24,000 nt of DNA from a bacterium (lineage in GTDB: Bacteria > Desulfobacterota > Deferrimicrobia > Deferrimicrobiales > Deferrimicrobiaceae), in contig JBBAAD010000001.1 of assembly GCA_041658505.1 (NCBI GenBank), positions 1-24,000 on the forward strand, in the 5' to 3' direction. A program made the position numbers and the translations under genes. Positions 14,270-21,728 of this stretch are shown piece by piece. How positions within the stretch are numbered: the stretch's first letter is position 1; each line of letters opens with the position of its first letter. The notes under the pieces were generated by a model. That model did not search any database. It was not told the DNA's origin and saw nothing but the letters and a program-made list of their open reading frames with translations.

Positions 14270-14560
14270 CTAATTGAAGCTTTGATCCTTCGGCTCGATC
14301 ACCCGCACGGGCCCGAACCGGTCCTCGTACTTGCGCAGGTTCTCGGTGAGGGCGTCGATGATGCGCCGGACGTGCCCCGGGCTCACGATGACCCGGGAAA
14401 CGAGATGGACGCCGTTCGGGGAATTCAGCAGCCAGTCGATGAGGAACTCTTCCGGGTTGTGCGTCACGAGCATGCTGTTGCTGTAGTTCCCCCGCGACAT
14501 CGCGTCGCCGGTGTTGATCGGGATCTGCTGCGGTTGTTCAAGCGGCTTCTCTTTCGACAT
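14270..14560 (-). CDS. DUF3467-like small protein
   Basis: The 96-aa product contains YSNSMLVTHNPEEFLIDW...VSRVIVSPGHVRRIIDALTENLRKYEDRFG, which matches my memory of the DUF3467 pattern. AAGGAGGG lies upstream. The gene starts 57 nt downstream of the uvrA stop. Confidence 0.6.
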   Translation of the reverse strand: MSKEKPLEQPQQIPINTGDAMSRGNYSNSMLVTHNPEEFLIDWLLNSPNGVHLVSRVIVSPGHVRRIIDALTENLRKYEDRFGPVRVIEPKDQSFN

Positions 14561-14617
14561 GGCGGCCGGAATCCCTCCTTTTCACGGCAGTCGTCCCCTT
14601 CCCATCGTCTGTCCGGT

Positions 14618-17452
14618 TCACCCCGCGGCAGCGGGGAGGTGGAGGACCCGCCGCAGGAACTGCCCGGTGAAGGAGCGCGGGTTCCCCGCCACCTCCTCGG
14701 GGGTGCCGCACGCGACGATCTCTCCGCCGGCGTCGCCCCCTTCCGGCCCCAGATCGATGATGTGGTCCGCCGACTTGATCACGTCCAGGTTGTGCTCGAT
14801 GATGATCACCGTGTTCCCCGCGTCCGCGAACAGGTGAAGGACGGAGAGGAGCTTCGAGATGTCGTCGAAGTGGAGCCCGGTCGTCGGCTCGTCGAGCAGG
14901 TAGACCGTCTTCCCCGTCGCCCGGCGCGACAGCTCCCGCGCGAGTTTCACCCGCTGCGCCTCGCCGCCCGACAGGGTGGTGGCCGACTGCCCCAGCCGGA
15001 TGTATCCGAGCCCCACGCGCGACAGCGTCTCCAGCTTGTGCCGGATCGGCGGGATGGGGGAAAGGAACACCAGCGCCTGGTCGACCGTCATCTCGAGGAC
15101 GTCGGCGACGCTCTTCCCCTTGTAGGCGACCTCGAGCGTCTCCCGGTTGTACCGCCGCCCCCGGCACTCCTCGCACGTGACGTAGACGTCCGGCATGAAG
15201 TGCATCTCGATCCTGATGATCCCGTCCCCCTCGCACGCCTCGCACCGCCCTCCCTTCACGTTGAAGGAGTAGCGGCCGGGCCGGTACCCGCGGGATTTGC
15301 TCTCGGGGAGCATCGCGAACAGGTCCCGGATCGGCGTGAAAACGCCGGAGTACGTCGCCGGGTTCGAGCGCGGGGTGCGCCCGATGGGGGACTGATCGAT
15401 GTGGATCACCTTGTCCACCTGTTCCATCCCCGACAGCGACCGGTGCTCCCCGGGCCGCTCCCGGCCGCCGGTGAGCTTCTGGGCGAGCGCCTTGTAGAGG
15501 GTGTCGAGGATCAGCGTCGACTTCCCGGAGCCCGAGACGCCGGTCACACACGTGATGACGCCCAGCGGGATCGTCACGCCGATCCCCTTCAGGTTGTTCG
15601 CCCGGCACCCCTCGAGTCGCAGCGCGTGCCCGTTGGAGCGCCGCCGCTCCCGCGGCACGGGGATCTCCTTCTTCCCCGCGAGGTACCGCCCGGTGAGCGA
15701 CGCCTCGCACCGGACGATCTCCTCCGGGGTCCCCGCCGCCACCACGTGCCCCCCGTGCTCCCCCGCCCCGGGTCCCATGTCGATCACGTGGTCCGCGCTC
15801 CGGATCGTTTCCTCGTCGTGCTCGACGACCAGTACCGTGTTCCCCATGTCGCGCAGCCGGGTCAGGGTGGACAGGAGCCGCCGGTTGTCCCGCTGGTGCA
15901 GCCCGATGGACGGCTCATCGAGGATGTAGAGGACGCCCATCAGCGACGCGCCGATCTGCGTGGCCAGCCGGATCCGCTGCCCCTCGCCGCCGGAAAGGGT
16001 CGCGGAAGGCCTGGACAGCGCGAGGTAGGAGAGCCCCACGTTCACGAGGAAGGTGAGGCGCGACCGGATCTCCTTCAGGATGCGCGAAGCGATCTCTTCT
16101 TCCCGCGCCAGGAGCGGCAGGTCGCGGAAGAAGGCGAGCGCCTCCCCCACCGGAAGGCCGGTCACGCCGTCGATCCCCTTTCCCCCGACGGTGACGCACA
16201 GCGCCTCTTTCTTCAGCCGCGCGCCCCCGCACGCCCGGCACGGCCGGTTGTTCATGTACCGGGAGAGCTCTTCCCGCACGTCCTCGGAGTCGGTCTCCCG
16301 GAAGCGCCGCTCGAGGTTGTTCACCACCCCCTCGAACGGCTTGGTGAAGGAGAATTGCCGGTCCCCTTCCTCGAGGGCGAACCGGACCGGCTCCCCGGCC
16401 GATCCGAAGAGGACGAGGCGTCGAACAAGCGAAGGGAGCTTTCCGAACGGCACGTCGAGGGAGAACCGGTAGTGGGACGCGAGGGAGGCGAGCGTCTGGC
16501 GGTAGAAGATCTGCGTGCGGCGGCTCCATGGGTCGATCGCCCCCTGCCGGATCGTCTTCCCGGGGTCGGGGACCACCAGGTCGGGGTCGAAGTAGATCGT
16601 CGACCCGAGCCCGTCGCACTCGGGGCACGCGCCGTGGGGGCTGTTGAAGGAGAACAGGCGCGGGGCGACCTCGGGGAGGCTCACGCCGCAGTCGGGGCAG
16701 GCGAACTTCTCGCTGCAGATCGTGCCGTTCCCCTGCCCGTCCACCACGCGCACCAGCCCCTCGGACAGTTTGAGACACAACGCCACGGAGTCGGCCAGCC
16801 GTCCGCGCGTCCCTTCCGAGACCTTCAGCCGGTCCACCACGACGTCGATGTCGTGCTTTCGCTGCTTGTCGAGGGCGATCGGCTCGGCGGGGTCCCTCGT
16901 CTCCCCGTCCACCACCACGCGGGAAAAACCGTCGCGGGATAGCTTCGCGAGCTCCTTGCGATACTCCCCCTTGCGCCCCCGGACGATCGGCGCCCACAGC
17001 TGGACTCGCGCGCCGTCCCCCATCGCCATCACGGCGTCGACGATCTGCGTCACCGTCTGCCGGCGGATCTCCTTCCAGCAGGAGGGGCAGTGGACCCGCC
17101 CGATGGAGGCGAACAGCAGCCGCAGGTAGTCGTAGATCTCCGTGACCGTCCCGACGGTGGAGCGGGGATTCTTTCCGACCGACTTCTGCTCGATGGAGAT
17201 GGCGGGGGAGAGCCCCTCGATCACGTCGACATCGGGCTTCTCCATCTGCTCGAGGAACTGGCGGGCGTAGGCGGAGAGCGACTCCACGTACCGCCGCTGC
17301 CCCTCGGCGTAGATCGTGTCGAAGGCGAGCGACGATTTCCCGGAGCCCGAGACCCCGGTGATCACGACGAGCCGGTCGCGGGGGATCTCGACGTCGATGT
17401 TCTTCAGGTTGTGCACGCGGGCGCCGCGCACGATGATCCGGTCGAGAGCCAC
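14618..17452 (-). CDS. uvrA: excinuclease ABC subunit A
   Basis: The 944-aa product has two ABC ATPase modules ([35 protein letters not shown] and [12 protein letters not shown]), LSGGE signatures, and zinc-finger Cys pairs ([21 protein letters not shown]). It has a GTG start preceded by GAGGAGAAG. Confidence 0.98.
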   Translation of the reverse strand: MALDRIIVRGARVHNLKNIDVEIPRDRLVVITGVSGSGKSSLAFDTIYAEGQRRYVESLSAYARQFLEQMEKPDVDVIEGLSPAISIEQKSVGKNPRSTVGTVTEIYDYLRLLFASIGRVHCPSCWKEIRRQTVTQIVDAVMAMGDGARVQLWAPIVRGRKGEYRKELAKLSRDGFSRVVVDGETRDPAEPIALDKQRKHDIDVVVDRLKVSEGTRGRLADSVALCLKLSEGLVRVVDGQGNGTICSEKFACPDCGVSLPEVAPRLFSFNSPHGACPECDGLGSTIYFDPDLVVPDPGKTIRQGAIDPWSRRTQIFYRQTLASLASHYRFSLDVPFGKLPSLVRRLVLFGSAGEPVRFALEEGDRQFSFTKPFEGVVNNLERRFRETDSEDVREELSRYMNNRPCRACGGARLKKEALCVTVGGKGIDGVTGLPVGEALAFFRDLPLLAREEEIASRILKEIRSRLTFLVNVGLSYLALSRPSATLSGGEGQRIRLATQIGASLMGVLYILDEPSIGLHQRDNRRLLSTLTRLRDMGNTVLVVEHDEETIRSADHVIDMGPGAGEHGGHVVAAGTPEEIVRCEASLTGRYLAGKKEIPVPRERRRSNGHALRLEGCRANNLKGIGVTIPLGVITCVTGVSGSGKSTLILDTLYKALAQKLTGGRERPGEHRSLSGMEQVDKVIHIDQSPIGRTPRSNPATYSGVFTPIRDLFAMLPESKSRGYRPGRYSFNVKGGRCEACEGDGIIRIEMHFMPDVYVTCEECRGRRYNRETLEVAYKGKSVADVLEMTVDQALVFLSPIPPIRHKLETLSRVGLGYIRLGQSATTLSGGEAQRVKLARELSRRATGKTVYLLDEPTTGLHFDDISKLLSVLHLFADAGNTVIIIEHNLDVIKSADHIIDLGPEGGDAGGEIVACGTPEEVAGNPRSFTGQFLRRVLHLPAAAG

Positions 17453-17609
17453 CGCTACTTCTCCTCAGTGGTTCAATTCATGAATACCGCAACGAATCCA
17501 ACAAGATCCAGGAAGCCGGGGCGCCTCCGGGACGCACCCTTCGGCTGCGTCGCCTCGGAGGGGGACTCCGTTCGTGGCTCGCCGTGCGGTGAACCTGCAC
17601 GGCTGCGCT

Positions 17610-18611
17610 TTACCTCACTGCGCCCCCCTCCTGCGGCGACTCCGCCATCTCCGCGGCCATCCGGGCGGCGGCCAGCAGGCTCGCGGGGTTCGCGGTCCCC
17701 TTCCCGGCGATGTCGTAGGCGGTGCCGTGGTCCACCGAGGTCCGGATGATCGGCAGACCCATCGTCACGTTCACCCCGTCGTCGAAGTGGACGAGCTTCA
17801 GGGGGATGAGGCCGTGGTCGTGCGTCATCGCGACGACGACGTCGAACTCCCCCCGGTACGCGCGGTAAAAGATCGTGTCGGGAGGGTACGGACCCGAGGC
17901 GTCGATCCCCGCCGCCCGGCAGGCGGCGATCGCCGGCGCGATGAGCGTCGTCTCCTCGTCCCCGAACATCCCCCCCTCGCCCGCGTGGGGGTTCAGCGCG
18001 GCCACGGCGATCCGCGGGGAGGGGGTCCCCATGTACCTTCGGAAGAAAGCGTCGGTGATGCGCACGGTCTTTTCGATGAGCGCGGGAGAGAGAAGTTCCA
18101 GGGCGCGGCGCAATCCGACGTGGATCGTGACCAGGGCGACGCGCAGCCGGTCGCCGGCCAGCATCATCACCACGTCGGCGCCGCCGCACAGGTGGGCGAG
18201 GAACTCGGTGTGGCCGGGGAACGGAACGCCCGCCGCCTTCAACCCTTCCTTCGTGATCGGGCAGGTGACGATCGCCGCGGCCTTGCCGGAGAGAACGTCT
18301 TCCGCCGCGGACCGGATATACCCGGCCATCGCCACGGAGCCGGGCAGGGAGGGGCGCCCGAAGGGGACCTCCTCCGGGTTGAGAGAAGATCGCGCCGCGA
18401 CGGCGATCCGCCCGGGTCCGGTCTCCTCGCCCTCGCCGACGATGGCGAGGGACGCGCCCGTCACCCGCACGGCACGCCGCAGGATCGCCGGGTCGCCGTA
18501 CACGACCGGGCGGCACCAGGAGAAGAGCTCCTCCCGCGCATGGACAAGGACGGCGACCTCCGGGCCGATCCCCGCGGGGTCCCCCATCGTGATGGCGATC
18601 TTCGGCGGCAT
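17610..18611 (-). CDS. pdxA: 4-hydroxythreonine-4-phosphate dehydrogenase
   Basis: The ATG at 18611 lies inside track ORF 17610..19220. The product contains MPPKIAITMGDPAGIGPEV, TCPITKE, PGHTEFLA, LNPHAGEGG, AMTHDHGLIPLK and IIRTSVDHGTAYDIAG. It shows the conserved surA-pdxA synteny. Confidence 0.95.
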   Translation of the reverse strand: MPPKIAITMGDPAGIGPEVAVLVHAREELFSWCRPVVYGDPAILRRAVRVTGASLAIVGEGEETGPGRIAVAARSSLNPEEVPFGRPSLPGSVAMAGYIRSAAEDVLSGKAAAIVTCPITKEGLKAAGVPFPGHTEFLAHLCGGADVVMMLAGDRLRVALVTIHVGLRRALELLSPALIEKTVRITDAFFRRYMGTPSPRIAVAALNPHAGEGGMFGDEETTLIAPAIAACRAAGIDASGPYPPDTIFYRAYRGEFDVVVAMTHDHGLIPLKLVHFDDGVNVTMGLPIIRTSVDHGTAYDIAGKGTANPASLLAAARMAAEMAESPQEGGAVR

Positions 18612-18658
18612 GGCATTACCCCTGCGCGGCGGCCGCGGCGAGGCGGGTGTGGGGCGGG

Positions 18659-19633
18659 TCAGAGGCGGACGTCGATCGAGGCCGACCGCTTCAGCTCCGA
18701 GAGGAGGTCGGAATACGCCTTTTCGCTGCGCCGGTCGGTGAGCTCCTCGGTCAAGCCGTCCTTCACCGCGGAGAAATCCCCGGGCGTCCCCCCCCGGCGC
18801 TCGACGACCCGAAGAAGATAAGCCCCCGCCTCCGCGAAGAACGGCGACGACGATTCCCCGGCCCGCAGACGGCGAACCTCCCGCTGCAGCTCCGGGAGCA
18901 GGTCCTCGGTCGTCACGAAGTCGGCGGCGTGGAGCTGGACCTTGGGAAACGTTCCGCGAACCAACGCCTGCGCCTCGGCGAAGGTGCGTCCCGCCCGAAC
19001 CGCCTCGCCCGCCTGCTGCACGGCGATCCGCGCCTGCGCGGCGTCTTCGCCCTGGGGCTGCGCGGAGGCGATCGGGAAGAAGAGCGTCTCGAGCCGGACC
19101 TGCGCCCCCACCAGGAACCGTTCCCCGCTCTCCCGGAAGTAGTCGCGCACCTCGCTTTCCGTCACCGTGACCTCCTTGAACTTGCGCGCCCGGACGATCG
19201 CACCGCGCTCCATCTGCCACCGGAGGCGGCGGCGGTACGCGGGAAGGGAGATCCCCTCCTTCCCGAGCAGCTCGGCGAACTGCGCCTCGCTCATCCCGTT
19301 CGCCTTCCGGACGGATTCGGCCGCCTTGTCGATCTCGCCCTCCGCGATCGGCTGGCCCAGCTTCTCCAGCTCCTTGCGCACCAGGACGGAATCGACGAGG
19401 GCCTCGATCCAGCGCAGCACCGCGCGGGGGTCGCGCTCCTCGCGCAGGAGCGCATCCGCGTCGCCCACGGGGATCCCCATCCCTTCCGACACCGACTCGC
19501 GCACCTCGGAAAAAGTGACCGGCTCCTCGTTCACCAGCGCGACGACGCCGTCGATCACGCGGGGGAACGCCGCCCCCGCGGAAAGAAGCAGCGCCGCGCC
19601 CGCCGCCGCGATGATCGCCCCCGTCCGCCTCAC
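18659..19633 (-). CDS. SurA-like periplasmic chaperone (SurA N-terminal domain plus degenerate parvulin-like domain)
   Basis: The GTG at 19633 overlaps the upstream stop (GTGA). The signal peptide is VRRTGAIIAAAGAALLLSAGAA. The SurA_N-like region is IDGVVALVNEEPVTFSEV...AYRRRLRWQMERGAIV. The C-terminal parvulin-like region lacks the two conserved His residues. Confidence 0.75.
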   Translation of the reverse strand: MRRTGAIIAAAGAALLLSAGAAFPRVIDGVVALVNEEPVTFSEVRESVSEGMGIPVGDADALLREERDPRAVLRWIEALVDSVLVRKELEKLGQPIAEGEIDKAAESVRKANGMSEAQFAELLGKEGISLPAYRRRLRWQMERGAIVRARKFKEVTVTESEVRDYFRESGERFLVGAQVRLETLFFPIASAQPQGEDAAQARIAVQQAGEAVRAGRTFAEAQALVRGTFPKVQLHAADFVTTEDLLPELQREVRRLRAGESSSPFFAEAGAYLLRVVERRGGTPGDFSAVKDGLTEELTDRRSEKAYSDLLSELKRSASIDVRL

Positions 19634-20574
19634 CGTTTCTCCTCGACCAGTTTTTGCAGCAGCTCCGCGTGCACCTTCACCCTGGCCCCCGCGGTCGCCT
19701 GCGCCAGCCACCGGCGGAACGCCTCCTCCCGCCGGGGCGCGAGGATCGACTCCCGGATCCGCGCCTCTTCGCTGCGCAGCGTCTGCGCCCGGGCCGCTTC
19801 CCGCCGCGTGACCTGGAACAGGCTCGTCACGCCCTCCCCGGGAACCGGCTCGCTGACGCCGCCCTCCGGAAGATCGAACACCCCGGCGGGAAGTTCCGGC
19901 GGGAGCTCGTCGCGGCGGAAGAAACCGAGGTCGACCCCCTCGACGGAAAGGTCTCCGGCGTCCCCGCCGACGGACCGCCCGGCCTGCAGCTTCTCGCGCG
20001 CGACGGCCGCGCGCTCCGCCGAATCGAAGAGGTATTGCCGCACGCGGATCCGCTCCGGCGCCGTCGCGGGATTCCGTTCCTTCCGGAACGCCGCCTCCAC
20101 CTCCTGCGGGGTCACCGTGGCCCCGGCCGCCGCGATGGCGTCGGCCGACCGCCGGTACAGGAGGGAACGCCGGAGCTGCTCCCGCCACGCGTCGGGTTCC
20201 ATCCCCGCCTGGAGGAGCGCCTTCTCGAGCCCCCCCGGCGGGAAGTCCGCCCGGAACCGCATCACCTCTTCCTCGAGGGCGCCCGCGGGGAGCGTCAGGC
20301 CCCGCCGCTCCCCCTCGCGCAGGACGACGGTTCGCTCGATCGCCCGCCGGACCGCCTCGGAAACCTCTCCGCGGGAGGGCCCCCGGGCCTCGAGGGACGG
20401 CGTGTAGCCGCGCATCGAGAGGATCTCGTTCTTGACGTCCTTCAGGACGACGGGGGCGCCGTCCACCTCGGCGACGACGACCTCGGCGTCGGACCGGTTC
20501 GACGGGGCGGGAGAGCACGCCCACAGCAACGCGGCGACCAGCGCGAGCCCGGCCGCGGCATGGGCAGGGGACAC
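19630..20574 (-). CDS. SurA/PpiC-family periplasmic chaperone, probable lipoprotein, degenerate parvulin domain
   Basis: The preferred start is the GTG at 20574 (VSPAHAAAGLALVAALLWAC, lipobox-like LWAC). The track start at 20703 would add 43 aa covering the intergenic repeat. The parvulin-like segment is IRVRQYLF...GVDLGFFRRDELPPELPAGVFDL...GVSEPV. Confidence 0.7.
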   Translation of the reverse strand: MSPAHAAAGLALVAALLWACSPAPSNRSDAEVVVAEVDGAPVVLKDVKNEILSMRGYTPSLEARGPSRGEVSEAVRRAIERTVVLREGERRGLTLPAGALEEEVMRFRADFPPGGLEKALLQAGMEPDAWREQLRRSLLYRRSADAIAAAGATVTPQEVEAAFRKERNPATAPERIRVRQYLFDSAERAAVAREKLQAGRSVGGDAGDLSVEGVDLGFFRRDELPPELPAGVFDLPEGGVSEPVPGEGVTSLFQVTRREAARAQTLRSEEARIRESILAPRREEAFRRWLAQATAGARVKVHAELLQKLVEEKR

Positions 20575-20589
20575 TCTACCCCTGGGGGA

Positions 20590-20717
20590 GGACACTCCTC
20601 CAACCGTACAACCGACAACCTCAAGGAATGTCCCCCTCGACAAGAATGTCCCCCTGAAACTGAAAGCGCCTGCACCTTGAAGGATCCTTCGTCTGCCGTA
20701 CATCTGCCGGAAAATCC
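20590..20717 (-). repeat. intergenic structured repeat, copy B
   Basis: Read on the minus strand the order is GGATTTT (20717-20711), ATGTACGGCAG, a 15-nt gap, AGGTGCAGGCGCTTTC (20677-20662), GGGGGACATTC twice (20654-20644 and 20636-20626), a 24-nt loop, then GGAGGAGTGTCC (20601-20590). It is collinear with copy A. Confidence 0.7.
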
Positions 20718-20727
20718 CTGCAGGTGA

Positions 20728-21648
20728 TTACTTCCCCTGGGATGGCTGGCCCGGATTCCCGGCCTTCGGCGCGGCCGGCGCCGTCCCCGGCGCCTGCGCC
20801 CCCGGGGAGGCCGGAGGGCCCTCCGGCTTGTAGAGGACACGCACCGTCGCCTGTTTCCTCAGGTCCGCGATCAGCCCCTCGAAGGCGTCCCGCTGCGCCT
20901 GCTCGCGCTGCTCGGCGAGGAGCTTCGGCTTCACCTCCTCGAACGAACGGGCGCCCGCGGGCAATTTCGCGTACACCTTGATCACGTGGTACCCATACGT
21001 GGTCTTGACGGGACCCGTCGCCACGCCGGGCGCGGCGGCGAAGGCGGCCGCCTCGAACTCCTTCACGAAGTTCCCGCGCTCGATCTCCCCGAGGTCCGCG
21101 GCGACCTCGCCGTTCCCGGACCCGACCTCCTTCATCAGCGCTTCGAACGGCTCCCCCGCCTTCGCGCGACCGAGCATCTCCAGGGCGCGGGCCTTCTCAC
21201 GGAAGAGGATGTGGCTCACCTTCACCCGCTCCCCCACCTGGTGCGACGCGGGGTTCGCGTCGTAGATCTTGCGCAGCGCCGCGTCGGAAAGCCCGGGCGC
21301 CTTCTCGGCTACGTCGCGCAGCAGCGCCTCGAGGACGATCGACTTGCGCGCCATGGCGATCCGGTCGGCCACCTCGGGGCGGCGGTCGATCCCGCGCCGC
21401 AGCGCCTCCCGCATCAGCAGGTCGCGGGTGATGACGCTCTCGAGAAACTGCGCCCTGCCCGCGGCGGTTTCGAGGATCGGCCGCACGTAGGGGGGAAGAT
21501 TCTCCACCTCTTTCAGAAGCGTCGCCTCCGTGAGGGGCTCCCCGTTCACCACGGCGAGGGCCTTCCCCTGCGGTCCGCTCCCGGGGGGGCTCCCGCATGC
21601 GGACGCGACGACCGCCAAAATCACACACAGAATCGGCATCTTACGCAT
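20728..21648 (-). CDS. peptidylprolyl isomerase, PpiC/parvulin type, probable lipoprotein (PrsA/SurA-like)
   Basis: The N-terminus MRKMPILCVILAVVASAC is lipobox-like. The parvulin domain is canonical, with both His residues (VKVSHILF and YGYHVIKV) and DLGEIERGNFVKEFEAAAF. The C-terminal tail is low-complexity and P/A/G-rich. AAGGAGAG lies upstream. Confidence 0.88.
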   Translation of the reverse strand: MRKMPILCVILAVVASACGSPPGSGPQGKALAVVNGEPLTEATLLKEVENLPPYVRPILETAAGRAQFLESVITRDLLMREALRRGIDRRPEVADRIAMARKSIVLEALLRDVAEKAPGLSDAALRKIYDANPASHQVGERVKVSHILFREKARALEMLGRAKAGEPFEALMKEVGSGNGEVAADLGEIERGNFVKEFEAAAFAAAPGVATGPVKTTYGYHVIKVYAKLPAGARSFEEVKPKLLAEQREQAQRDAFEGLIADLRKQATVRVLYKPEGPPASPGAQAPGTAPAAPKAGNPGQPSQGK

Positions 21649-21728
21649 GGAGCGACTCTCCTTGGCGAAAACGTGTCTAAGTGCTTCAATTCACAAATAC
21701 GGTGGCATTCGAGGGCTGCGATCCGCCA

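Noticed and set aside
14249-16942. An 897-aa plus-strand ORF opposite uvrA, plus the 14538..15710 and 15915..16997 minus-strand off-frame ORFs.
   Set aside because: uvrA fully explains the region. The alternative frames give R/P/G/D-rich sequence with no recognisable motifs.
17585-17607. The hairpin GCCGTGC-GGTGAACCT-GCACGGC just downstream of the pdxA stop, as a terminator.
   Set aside because: No U-tract follows on the transcribed (minus) strand, and uvrA follows closely with its own SD. It is too weak to call.
20575-20703. The N-terminal 43-aa extension of the SurA-like lipoprotein from ATG 20703.
   Set aside because: It would place an unusual 43-aa segment ahead of the signal peptide and lipobox. 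It also coincides with the non-coding repeat found upstream of atpZ. The GTG at 20574 gives a normal lipoprotein precursor.
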